Part shown: positions 36,909-47,382 of the stretch, in pieces
How the letters are laid out: every line of letters begins with the position of its first letter
How positions within the stretch are numbered: the stretch's first letter is position 1
DNA from: Nemertoderma westbladi
Lineage: Eukaryota > Animalia > Xenacoelomorpha
DNA: 64,000 nucleotides
NCBI GenBank assembly: GCA_032718475.1
Contig: JAUCBJ010008580.1
Coordinates: 15,958-79,957, forward strand
Direction of reading: 5' to 3'
Position numbers and translations under genes: made by a program
The notes under the pieces: model-generated
The model's input: only the letters and a program-made list of their open reading frames with translations
Database searches by the model: none
What the model was told of the DNA's origin: nothing

Positions 36909-37803
36909 TATATAAATTAGTTTATAGTATTATTTCGATTGTTAGCTATTGAAAGTAGGAGATATTAAAATTTAAGGTTAGTAAATTTAGTAATTTAGAA
37001 CGTCCCCTGCTTCAGTAGGCTTTTAGGGTAGCTAGTACTTTCGTATTTAATCTTTGACTAGCTAACAGTTAGTTTGTAGCACTTTGTTTTACGCCGTGTG
37101 TGTGCGGTGTTACTTTTCGGTACTTGAAAAGGTACATAGGGTTTAAAGACCAATTTGTATCGGTACCTAGGAAGATTTTTCGTAAGCGTAGAAGTAAAAC
37201 TCTCACCTTCGACCTTTTCAGGACTCAAGGACTCATTTCTGGACCGCTTCGAGGATTAGACCGCTTTTCGCAAAGTTTGGGAGACAATAAATTCGTCCGC
37301 GCCGCCGAAAAACGGAAAGACCCACGTCCGGTTTGTATTTGGGAATTTGTACGACTGGAAGATCAAAGGAACGTAAGTTTTACGACTCGCGTCGTTTAAA
37401 CTTAAGAAAGCACAGTAGTACTCAAAATTTGTGGGTTTCACTGTCTATTAGTAGTGTTGTTGGTACATATTTTCCCTTTAGACGTTGCTGTTTGGCCTAT
37501 TGTTTTACTTGTTGATCTACATTTTGTTAACGTATATCGTTATCTCACTTATTCGTACAAATTTAGCCGGTAGGCTAGATTACTACTTATTTTATTATAT
37601 ACCTTGTTAGTTTATTTGTACCGGTTAGGGTATATATATGATATATATATATATCAAGGTAAGTTTGACATTTGTGCATTTCGACATTTTGACATTTCGA
37701 CATTCTGACTTGTTGATTTATTTGTACCGGTTAGGTAAGTTTGACACTTCAACATTCAGACACTTGACATTTTATTACCCGTACTTGACGTATATAATAA
37801 GAC

Positions 37804-40800
37804 ATGAGTGACACACCCCATTCGACGAGATACCCACCTACCGACTATGACTCGTGCGACCCGGACAGATCGACAGTAGACGAACCTAGAAGGAGAACCC
37901 GAGATTCCACCGATGTCACACCGCTTGCGTCGCCGGTACCCCAAACGGAAATACCGGAAGCCGCAACGCGTGGCGACGGCAGAATCGAAGATTTCCTTAC
38001 CGTCCCGCAGACTAGATCGCGGGAACCGGACATGGTAAGTTCGACTGGGAGCCAGGAGAACGTTATTAGAAGTATAGGAGGACACATGGCCCAGATTACT
38101 CGGAACCTCGGAGAAGGTTTTCGCGTTTTACGCGAGTTAACCGCCCCGATGTCGAGATACGAGTTCTACACCTTACAGGTAAGGATAGAAAGTAGGGTAC
38201 ATGCCTCCGTAGATAAACTTAAAGGTTTGCACGAACTTGCAGAGTTGCGTGGCGACAACTTTACTCAGGTAAAGATAGTGGATAAATTGGTAAGTGCGAG
38301 AGAAAGCATTATCCAGTTTAAGTCGGTAATAAGCTTGGCTCAACAGGAGCAGTTCGACCAACTGCTAGGTGAGTCAGTTTCGGACGCGTTGTTACAACCC
38401 GAAGAGGAAGAAGAACTCTACTGCCTGGACGGAAGGTTGGAAACGCTGACCAATTTTCTTCGTAGATGCGGCGTACCGATCGACGAACCGGAAGTCGAAC
38501 CGCGAGGGACGACGGAAGTTCTCACTACGGAAGGCTCGCGAGCCTACCAACATCCACCACTGGATAGATCGTTCGTTAGCGTACGGAGCGACGTTGGCAA
38601 CGTTGGCGACGTTAGTAGAACAGCGTCTGGAATTACTCGACAACAACAGGAGGTTGCACGCCGACAACAAGTCGCCGAGGAAGAAGCGCGACACCAGATG
38701 GCACAGATCGCCATCGAAGGAGAGAAACAACGTAGAGAAGACGAGGCAAAAATTGCACAACTCAAGGCGCAAGCTGAATTCGAAGCATCAGAAATGCGCA
38801 GATTGGAGGAAGACTTAGCGCGAGAAGCGGCCGCGGCGGCAGCAGCGGACGAGTTAGCACGGAAGAAAGCAGCATCAGACGCTCGTGCCAAGTTGGAGGC
38901 GCGGCAAATAAACGCTCGATTAGCTATACAGGAAGCGGAATTAGCGGCACAACAACAGGACGCAGATCGACGCGAAAGGGAGATGCAACTACAGTTCGAA
39001 TTGAATCGTAGATCGCGCGAGACAGCGAACGCGCAAGCGGACCTCGAACTCGACGCGAGAGATAGATCTATGAGATCGCGGACTGGACACGACTTGTCTG
39101 CCCTGGATCGTATGGAAGCTCGATATCGCGGAATACAGAAGCGGATCGAGGAAGGAAGCGTGGGAGCGATAGATCGAGGAGAGGAGTTCGTCGAGGATTA
39201 CTGTAAACGTTTTCCCCAAGTTATTCCTATGCTCAAACCCACGACTCCGATAAAACCGGTCTTCGTTACGAAACCTAAGGAAATAACGCCAGTGCGTTCG
39301 ACGCAAGGCAACAGGTTTGTTGTGACGGAAATACCGCAACCTAGGGCGACTTCATCGCCAATTTTAGCAGGTAACGTTACTAGTCCACCTACAGTAAGTC
39401 GTAGTCTACTTGTAGGAAGAGAGGAACCTGCGTTTATGACCATTAAACAGGTGAGTAAACCATTACAAGTTAAACCTGTGACGTGCTGTGCAAATCCAGT
39501 TATTTACAGACCGACTACGAAACCCGACTATTTCACTCGACCGTTGACACAATGTTCGACGCAACCTACGACTTCGTGGAAGGCTTGCGAGCCTACCGAA
39601 CTACGAAGGAGGATGGATGTGGGTAGTACTCACGGGATCGGACAACGTATAGCGAGACCTACGACTTCGTGGAAGGCTTGCGAGCCTACCGAACGACGGA
39701 GAGCCGTAGATTCCGGACCACAACGGACGAGACCCAGGATAATACGCCGGACACGAACCCGCCAGCCACCTTATCCGGACGACAGCGATTCATCTAGTGA
39801 CTCGGAGTCGACGGAACGGGAAATATTCCGTACTGGAGCGGCGGAAGATTGTAAACGGGAGGAACGATCGACGAATCCATACATCGACAATCCTCCACGA
39901 GAAACACCCCAACAGAAACCCACGTTGAAACCAGCGGAAACGATCAGCGCTAAACAGTTCACCGAGATGACGGACAGAATAGCTCAACTCGAAGAACGAC
40001 TCGAAGCGCAACCGTCGGATCGATCACGGACCAGCGTGGAATTGGAACAACCTAGACAACATCGACCACCGAGGAGAGAACAGGAGACTAGACGGACTCC
40101 GACACATCGAGAGGAAGATCCCGTTAATAATTCCTACCGACGAACAACGCGCGGAAGGGAGCGACTGGACGACGCCACCGAACAAGGACGCGGACAGTTG
40201 GATTTAGTTAGCGAGATTGCGAAATTCGCGGCTAGACACGGATTACCGGCACAGCAACCGCCGAAGTTCTCTGGCAACGCGAAACACTGGCGCACACTGG
40301 TAGACTACGTAGAGTCCCAGATCGCTAAGTGTGCTTTCACCTCGACGGAGAAGTTTAACTACTTGCTCCAAGTCCTGTCTGGTGAGCCGAAACGATTAGC
40401 GGAAACCTTTATAGGTGTTCCCGATGCCTTCGAGTTGGCGTACGACCGTTTGTATTCGATTTACGGCGGTAATGTCGCCATGGCTAAATCCATCATAGAA
40501 GACCTCTGCAGAGGAGGCAACATTTCGAGACCGATCGATCTTTTACGACTCGCGGACGAAATAAAGAACGCTATAGGGACTTTACGGTCCATTGGGCAAC
40601 TCGAGTACGCTAACGCACCGACGGTTCTCATTCGAATAATCGGTCGACTTCATCATCGACTACGACGAGAATGGCGACGCATCGAGTACCAGCGCGAAGA
40701 GGCCGGAGGGTTATTAAAACTCACCGATGTCTATCAACTTATTTCACGGGAGGCCGTGATCGAGACTCGATCGAACTATACCGATCACCATATCGCGGCG

Positions 40801-43800
40801 GAAGGGATAACTGTTTCTGCGCCGAATCGGACTAAACCATTTCCGACGAACGCGAAAGCCGTTACTTACGCCACCCCTACTGAGACTTCTAAAGTTCTGA
40901 CGCCTATCGGCACCACGCAGCCACGACAACAGTTGCCGGCGGACTTTGTGGGATGCTCATACTGCGAGCGGAACGGCAGAAACCATAGCGGACATAAACT
41001 ACGTGCATGTCGCGCTTTTAAAGAGTTAGGGATCGAGGAGAGGAGACTCCAAATCCGATCTCTAGATTCCTGTTGGAGATGTATGAAGCCAGGACACGTC
41101 CGGAAGGATTGCCCGAGCGATGATACATGTTCTTTGTGTGGACGTAACCATGACGCGTTGCTTCACACAACCAGTCATACTCCGACCCGACGCTTTCGAC
41201 GAGAGCATCCAGATAAAGCGGCTAGATGCGACGCGCTTTATAAGGAGCGTGCGCCGCGCGAGATCCGTACCTTTTATACCGACTGTATGGATCAGTCAGG
41301 ATCATCGGAAGAGGACGAGGAGGAAGACGACACTTTCTACGTGCATGCAGGTGAGGAACAACCATCGATAACGCTCCTCACACAGAACCAATTGAAAGGG
41401 TTTAGCGTGATTCCTATAAAGATTACCGGGACCCGAGGGAGCAAGCGTATATACGCCATCTTAGACTCTGCGTCATCGCATAGCTATGTCGACGAACAAG
41501 TAGCCGACGTAGTTACGGACTTGAGTCAAGGTAAGACTGCTCAGTATACTGTAAGCAGCATGCATGGTAAGAGAGCGATTCCTGTGACAAGAGTAAAACT
41601 AACTTTAGACACTCTTCTTTCCAAAGCGGAACACAGCAAGGAGGAGCGCTCATTACTTCCGGTAAGAAATTTGACCTTTGCAGCTACGAAGGACTTTAGT
41701 AACTTGCTCGGCCCTGTGCCAGAGCAATCTCCGGAAGATCGTAAGTATTTCCGACACCTTGGAATACCGGAATGTCCTGTCAATTATCGTTCCATTGCGA
41801 TGTTAATTGGGACAGACCAGTTTAACTTACATCAGGTATGGGAGACACGCCCATCTGTTATTACAGCGGGCAACCCCTACGCATGTAGAACTCCCATAGG
41901 TTGGTATACTAGAGCACCAATACGTTCACTAGAGGTAAGTGACCAGGAGGACGACGTTTTGAGTACGTGTAGTTTATTGACTAACACGATAGATAATTCT
42001 CCCTCACACTCCTGTGGTCCAATTGTACGGACGGCACTACGACAGACTTGCGTCACTAACGCAGACGCCACCGATACTGACGTAACCGATCTGGACACGA
42101 CCATACGGACCTCTGACTTACAACTACTTGCAGTAGACCAGGTTGTATTGACTACTGAAGACCTGAGGGTTGTTGCTGTGGATGACTCGATGAACGAGGA
42201 TTTTGGAAGGCTTGCGAGCCTACCGAAAAATCCGAAGGTCATTGACCCCACCCACCAGGCTTCGACACCGGTCGTTGATCTTGGAAGGCTTGCGAGCCTA
42301 CCGATAGATCAAGAAGTTGTCAAACCGCCGCACGACAATTCGACGCCGACTAGTGACACCGGAAGGCTTGCGAGCCTACCAGACACATTGACACTAGCCA
42401 CCGCAGCGGACGAAGACGTGGACGAGGACCATGGCGCAGTGCAAGCAGCGCTTGACCGACTGCTGACTGAACGGACCATACAATGGTTGGAACAGGACTC
42501 AGCAGAACCCGGTAGTTACGAGACCGCTATGTCAGAACAGGAAAAACGGTCATTAAATATTATGAGAGATACCATTCGCCAGACCGCGAATGGCCACTAT
42601 GAGGTTGGTATGTTGTGGTGCAATGGACAACCTAAGCTCGTTAACAATTACCCGCTTGCTTTGAGGCGACTCAAATCAATAAGGCAGCGATTGTTGCGAG
42701 ACGAGACGGCCCATATGCAATACAATGCACAACTTCAGACGTATCTCCAAAAGGGATACGCCATTAGGATGTTAAATCCTGAGGTAACTACAGACCAGAC
42801 ATATTACCTGCCACATCATTTTGTTCGACACCCGGACAAACCTGGCAAGGTGCGTGTAGTCAACGACTGCGCTGCACTTTACCAAGGGATGTCTATGAAT
42901 AGCGAACTGATGGACGGGCCGAATATGAACAATTACCTCATGGGAGTCCTAATGCGTTTTAGACAACGCAAAGTGGCTTTCACCTGTGACGTAGAGGCCA
43001 TGTTTCACCAGGTTAAGGCTTTGGAGCGGGACAGGGACAGTTTGAGGTTTCTTTGGTATCCGGACGGAAACTTACAACTTCCGCCAGAAACTTACCAAAT
43101 GCAGGTAAGAGTATTTGGAGCCAGGGACAGCCCCAACTGCACCATGTACGCATTGAAGCAGACAGCATTAGACAGACGAGACCAATTTGACCCAGAAGTA
43201 GTTCGGACCATGGAACGAGACTTCTACGTGGATGACGGCCTCAAGAGTTGTGACACCTTGGAGCGCGCTACAACCGTAGCACACCAACTCCAGGATTGTC
43301 TCGCTGAGGGCGGATTTCACCTGACGAAGTTCGCTTCCAACGAACCCGAACTGGTGAACTCATTTGACCCGATGGACCGTAGCGGAGGTGACTTGGACTT
43401 AGACCTAGAACCTCTGCCGACGACCAAAGTACTAGGACTTAGTTGGGACCCTAACACCGACAATTTTAGGGTACGTGTAAGGTCCAACGACCAGACTAGA
43501 CCTCTCACTAAGAGGACTTGCTTATCGACCATGAGTCGATTGTATGACCCATTGTGTTTCATTAGTCCAGTGATCCTACATGCCAGGATCATACTCCGCA
43601 GCATTTGGCAAGCCGGACTGGAATGGGACGATCCCATCCCAGAAAAGTTAGCTGAGCGATGGAGGGACTGGGAAGCCCAACTGACGTTCCTACAAGACTA
43701 TACCATACCAAGGGTATACTTTCCTTTGCAAACCACCTTTCCTGCCGATTTAGAGCTTCACAGCTTTAGTGACGCTAGCAAGGATGGATTGGGGGTTACT

Positions 43801-46644
43801 TTATACCTTAGACGACAAGTGACATCGGACAGCTACGATGTATCTCTCGTTACTTCAAGGGCTAGAACAATGCCATTGAAGTATATGACTGTACCTCGTG
43901 GGGAGCTGCAAGCCGGGACGATATCCACCGATATTGTCAGTCTAGTTCAACGCGAGCTGGAGGCTAACTTGAAGGTCACATATTGGACGGATGCGACGTT
44001 GGTACTTTGGTACATAAACAACGAAACATTTGAGTTCAAGACTTTCGTAGCCAACAGACGGGCTGAAATACTAGACCGGTCGCTCAAACAAGATTGGCGT
44101 CACTGTCCAGGGAAGCTGAACCCAGCTGACATCGCGTCACGGGGAATGCAACCACTTGACTTTTGTAAACCGGACAATAAATCCTTTTGGTTTAGAGGAC
44201 CCGATTTCCTACAGCGACCATCAGACGAATGGCCACCGTTATTCGACGCGACAACCAACACCATACCAGAGGGTGCCGAGATAAAACTCGACAAGGTTGT
44301 CAAGTCTAAAGCGAAAGCCAACGCCAAGGTCAAGAGGAAAAAGGGACGGACGAAATCTGATGACCTGGACGCCAGACCTGACATTACGCCAGACGTCTCG
44401 CCAGACACTCGACCAGACGCTTGTACGAATCCTTCGCCGGATGTTCCGCGGGAGATTTCACCAGACGTTTCGCCGGATTGTTCACCAGATTACTCGCCAG
44501 ACTATTCACCAGAAGAGACACCAGATTGTTCTCCGGATTGTTCGCCAGATTGTTTGATGGAACTCTCGACAGAATGTCTACCGGACATCTCACCAGATTG
44601 TTCACCAGACATCTCGACCGACTGTCCACCAGACTTTGAATCAGACTTTCTGACAGAAGTTGCGCTAGACAGACTTTGGGACCGACGACCGGACATTTCG
44701 CCGGATGTTCCGCGCTATGTCTCACCAGACGTCTCACCAGACTGTTCACCAGACGCTTCACCAGACTGTCTACTAGATACTCCATTAGAAGACCCATTGG
44801 AGCGGACTTTTAGAGACGTACTAAATTTGACTTCTTTGGACGACAAAGGAGTAGCCACAGGGATTACACTCCGCTCGAAGAAGGTACTTGACTTACCTAC
44901 AGGTAAAGTGGTGACTAAGGTTAGGAAGCTTACAGGCTCACAGGAACACACTGACACTGTAGAGTTGAAACCATTACTGCCAGTCGACATATTAGGTGCG
45001 GACGGCAAAGGTAAGACCGTAGAGATTGACGTACTTGGGGACTCAGACAAACCTACCGGAAGGCCCGTGGGCCTACCAAGTCCAGACAAGTATCCACACT
45101 ACGACTACACCTTACCCGATGACGTCACTAACACTTACGTAGACAGGATAGTGAACCTAACTAGATCATGGACTGACGCGTGCCGCAAGTTAGCATGGCT
45201 CAAACGATTGAGACAATATGCCAGAGGCAAACGCGACTTTCCTAGAAGACTTACCTTAAAGGAAATTGAACACTGTGAAGTTGATATCATTCGACATTAT
45301 CAATTGCGATATTTCGCACGAGAGTTCACAGCGATCAAACAAGGTAAACAGATTAAGTCTTCACCGATTTTGAGTTGGAGTCCGATTATTTACCGGGGCT
45401 TACTTTGTCACAAGTCCAGACTCCAAAACATCGACTTTGCACTTGACTTTAGGTATCCTATCATCATACCGCAACACCATGAGTTACAGCGCGCTATGAT
45501 ACTGGACGCACATGTACAACTCAAACACGTAGGTAGACACCACTGTCTATCACACTTACGCTCGAGGTTTGTACTGATTAGACCTAGTAAGGCACTGAGT
45601 TCAGTAACACGGAACTGTATTATTTGTAAGAAGGTGCACGCGAGGATAGGACACCAAGAAATGAGTGAACTACCATTAGCTAGATTACAGGCATTTAGAC
45701 CCCCTTTCACTGAGACAGGGATAGACTGTTTTGGACCCATAATCGCGAAACGCGGAAGGGTACAGGTAAAACGTTGGGGATTGATCTTCACTTGCATGGC
45801 CAGCAGAGCTGTCCATATAGAGCGAGTGACAGACTTGTCCACCAATGCCTTTATCCTAGCCTTACGGCGATTTATCGCTAGACGTGGATTGGTCAAATCC
45901 ATATACTGCGACCAAGGGACAAACTTTGTGGGTGCACGGAACGAGATAACCAGAGCTTTGAGAAAATTGGACCAAAACCAGATTTCCGAGGAACTACGTC
46001 CTCACCGTATTGTTTGGTTTTTCAATACTCCAGACAGTCCGTGGAGAGGCGGCGTTTGGGAAAGGCTGATTGGCTCAATAAAGACAGCTATGGCTAAAGT
46101 CGTACCGACGCAACACATCTTGACAGACGACCAACTGACGACGTTACTAATAGAAATCGAAGCAATCTTAAATACCAGACCGATCGCTTTGATCCCACAC
46201 AATAACGACGTACAGTTTGCCTTGACACCAGCGCACCTGCTTATGCAGGCGCCGACGACACTGTTGCCCATTTCGGTACCCGTTGATAGTGACGGATACG
46301 GCAACAAGGCTTGGAAAATCACTCAATTACTTGCAAATAAATTCTGGGAAATATGGCAGAAATATTATTTGCCCTCTATTTCGACCAGAACCTCTTGGTA
46401 TATAAATACCCGGTGTTTAAAACGTGGTGACCATGTTTTATTGGCTGAAGCCAATCTGAGAAGACGGTTTTGGCTGACTGGAGTCATTTTGACCACGCAC
46501 CCTACATCTGGTGTAGTGAGGACAGTTACTGTACGGACTATCGACGGACGTACCGTAGATAGGCCTGTACAACGTCTCGTACTCCTCGAGGAGACTAGAA
46601 ACGAGACGGGAGACTACAAATCTCCACCCAATATTAGTAAATAG
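37804..46644 (+). CDS. BEL/Pao Gag-Pol polyprotein, 2946 aa, uninterrupted
   Basis: Gag PKFSGNAKHW..EKFNYLLQVL; three knuckles (CSYC..H..C, CWRCMKPGHVRKDC, CSLCGRNHDALLH); protease AILDSASSHSYV; RT FTCDVEAMFHQV, FYVDDGL; RNase H HSFSDAS, RGELQA, WTDAT, NPADIASRG; integrase HHCC, GIDCFGP, CDQGTNF, WERLI. Confidence 0.97.
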   Translation: MSDTPHSTRYPPTDYDSCDPDRSTVDEPRRRTRDSTDVTPLASPVPQTEIPEAATRGDGRIEDFLTVPQTRSREPDMVSSTGSQENVIRSIGGHMAQITRNLGEGFRVLRELTAPMSRYEFYTLQVRIESRVHASVDKLKGLHELAELRGDNFTQVKIVDKLVSARESIIQFKSVISLAQQEQFDQLLGESVSDALLQPEEEEELYCLDGRLETLTNFLRRCGVPIDEPEVEPRGTTEVLTTEGSRAYQHPPLDRSFVSVRSDVGNVGDVSRTASGITRQQQEVARRQQVAEEEARHQMAQIAIEGEKQRREDEAKIAQLKAQAEFEASEMRRLEEDLAREAAAAAAADELARKKAASDARAKLEARQINARLAIQEAELAAQQQDADRREREMQLQFELNRRSRETANAQADLELDARDRSMRSRTGHDLSALDRMEARYRGIQKRIEEGSVGAIDRGEEFVEDYCKRFPQVIPMLKPTTPIKPVFVTKPKEITPVRSTQGNRFVVTEIPQPRATSSPILAGNVTSPPTVSRSLLVGREEPAFMTIKQVSKPLQVKPVTCCANPVIYRPTTKPDYFTRPLTQCSTQPTTSWKACEPTELRRRMDVGSTHGIGQRIARPTTSWKACEPTERRRAVDSGPQRTRPRIIRRTRTRQPPYPDDSDSSSDSESTEREIFRTGAAEDCKREERSTNPYIDNPPRETPQQKPTLKPAETISAKQFTEMTDRIAQLEERLEAQPSDRSRTSVELEQPRQHRPPRREQETRRTPTHREEDPVNNSYRRTTRGRERLDDATEQGRGQLDLVSEIAKFAARHGLPAQQPPKFSGNAKHWRTLVDYVESQIAKCAFTSTEKFNYLLQVLSGEPKRLAETFIGVPDAFELAYDRLYSIYGGNVAMAKSIIEDLCRGGNISRPIDLLRLADEIKNAIGTLRSIGQLEYANAPTVLIRIIGRLHHRLRREWRRIEYQREEAGGLLKLTDVYQLISREAVIETRSNYTDHHIAAEGITVSAPNRTKPFPTNAKAVTYATPTETSKVLTPIGTTQPRQQLPADFVGCSYCERNGRNHSGHKLRACRAFKELGIEERRLQIRSLDSCWRCMKPGHVRKDCPSDDTCSLCGRNHDALLHTTSHTPTRRFRREHPDKAARCDALYKERAPREIRTFYTDCMDQSGSSEEDEEEDDTFYVHAGEEQPSITLLTQNQLKGFSVIPIKITGTRGSKRIYAILDSASSHSYVDEQVADVVTDLSQGKTAQYTVSSMHGKRAIPVTRVKLTLDTLLSKAEHSKEERSLLPVRNLTFAATKDFSNLLGPVPEQSPEDRKYFRHLGIPECPVNYRSIAMLIGTDQFNLHQVWETRPSVITAGNPYACRTPIGWYTRAPIRSLEVSDQEDDVLSTCSLLTNTIDNSPSHSCGPIVRTALRQTCVTNADATDTDVTDLDTTIRTSDLQLLAVDQVVLTTEDLRVVAVDDSMNEDFGRLASLPKNPKVIDPTHQASTPVVDLGRLASLPIDQEVVKPPHDNSTPTSDTGRLASLPDTLTLATAADEDVDEDHGAVQAALDRLLTERTIQWLEQDSAEPGSYETAMSEQEKRSLNIMRDTIRQTANGHYEVGMLWCNGQPKLVNNYPLALRRLKSIRQRLLRDETAHMQYNAQLQTYLQKGYAIRMLNPEVTTDQTYYLPHHFVRHPDKPGKVRVVNDCAALYQGMSMNSELMDGPNMNNYLMGVLMRFRQRKVAFTCDVEAMFHQVKALERDRDSLRFLWYPDGNLQLPPETYQMQVRVFGARDSPNCTMYALKQTALDRRDQFDPEVVRTMERDFYVDDGLKSCDTLERATTVAHQLQDCLAEGGFHLTKFASNEPELVNSFDPMDRSGGDLDLDLEPLPTTKVLGLSWDPNTDNFRVRVRSNDQTRPLTKRTCLSTMSRLYDPLCFISPVILHARIILRSIWQAGLEWDDPIPEKLAERWRDWEAQLTFLQDYTIPRVYFPLQTTFPADLELHSFSDASKDGLGVTLYLRRQVTSDSYDVSLVTSRARTMPLKYMTVPRGELQAGTISTDIVSLVQRELEANLKVTYWTDATLVLWYINNETFEFKTFVANRRAEILDRSLKQDWRHCPGKLNPADIASRGMQPLDFCKPDNKSFWFRGPDFLQRPSDEWPPLFDATTNTIPEGAEIKLDKVVKSKAKANAKVKRKKGRTKSDDLDARPDITPDVSPDTRPDACTNPSPDVPREISPDVSPDCSPDYSPDYSPEETPDCSPDCSPDCLMELSTECLPDISPDCSPDISTDCPPDFESDFLTEVALDRLWDRRPDISPDVPRYVSPDVSPDCSPDASPDCLLDTPLEDPLERTFRDVLNLTSLDDKGVATGITLRSKKVLDLPTGKVVTKVRKLTGSQEHTDTVELKPLLPVDILGADGKGKTVEIDVLGDSDKPTGRPVGLPSPDKYPHYDYTLPDDVTNTYVDRIVNLTRSWTDACRKLAWLKRLRQYARGKRDFPRRLTLKEIEHCEVDIIRHYQLRYFAREFTAIKQGKQIKSSPILSWSPIIYRGLLCHKSRLQNIDFALDFRYPIIIPQHHELQRAMILDAHVQLKHVGRHHCLSHLRSRFVLIRPSKALSSVTRNCIICKKVHARIGHQEMSELPLARLQAFRPPFTETGIDCFGPIIAKRGRVQVKRWGLIFTCMASRAVHIERVTDLSTNAFILALRRFIARRGLVKSIYCDQGTNFVGARNEITRALRKLDQNQISEELRPHRIVWFFNTPDSPWRGGVWERLIGSIKTAMAKVVPTQHILTDDQLTTLLIEIEAILNTRPIALIPHNNDVQFALTPAHLLMQAPTTLLPISVPVDSDGYGNKAWKITQLLANKFWEIWQKYYLPSISTRTSWYINTRCLKRGDHVLLAEANLRRRFWLTGVILTTHPTSGVVRTVTVRTIDGRTVDRPVQRLVLLEETRNETGDYKSPPNISK
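44371..44770 (+). repeat. In-frame 12-bp minisatellite encoding (S-P-D-x)n between RNase H and integrase
   Basis: SPDV/SPDC/SPDY/SPDI units; TCNCCRGAY repeats. Confidence 0.9.
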
Positions 46645-47382
46645 ATGTGGGACCTTGGTTGGCCGCCACATAGACCTACTGTATTTTAGTTATTTGTATT
46701 TGTATTACTGTACGTGCATTTGTAATCCTCTTCACTGTAGATAGAGACAGCGGTGGAATTCCATTGTCTTTATACGTGAACATGGAGGGTAGTACCCTTA
46801 TGTATCACATAGGAGCGGGATTGTGTGTACAGTAGGAATGGAATTCCACTTGGAACCCACAAGTGAGACATTTTCAAAAATTATTAGACAAATCCATTTA
46901 TTTGGATTTAAATTTAAGAAAAACGATTCTCCAGTGAAAGCAAATTCTAGAATACAGCTAGAAAAAAAAAAAAATTAAAATTGGGGAGGACAAGAGCGGA
47001 TGGAAGGCTTGCGAGCCTACCGATAAATTTTTTTTGGAAAAGAAAATCGGTCTTGTTCTACGTAGTCGTGTCTACTATTATTTTGACCAATTAATTCTCG
47101 ACTGCACTATTTTTCTTGGAAAACGTAGTTTGGGAAATTAAAAGGTGAGTATTTTAGACTCGCGGCTAGTTTACCCGGAATTCGTTTTTTATCGGCACAA
47201 TTTTGGATTAGGAGCCAGTGCGAAATTACGCGAACCCGAAATCATTAGGCAAAATGGGTTGGGGTTTAGAGCAGAGTTGAGCCAAAAGCCGACAAACTCT
47301 GAAGTCACCTCACATCTAACCTCTATTTTGTGCTTCATCTAGTAGAAACGTAACGATATGTAACCACATATATTCGTATACA

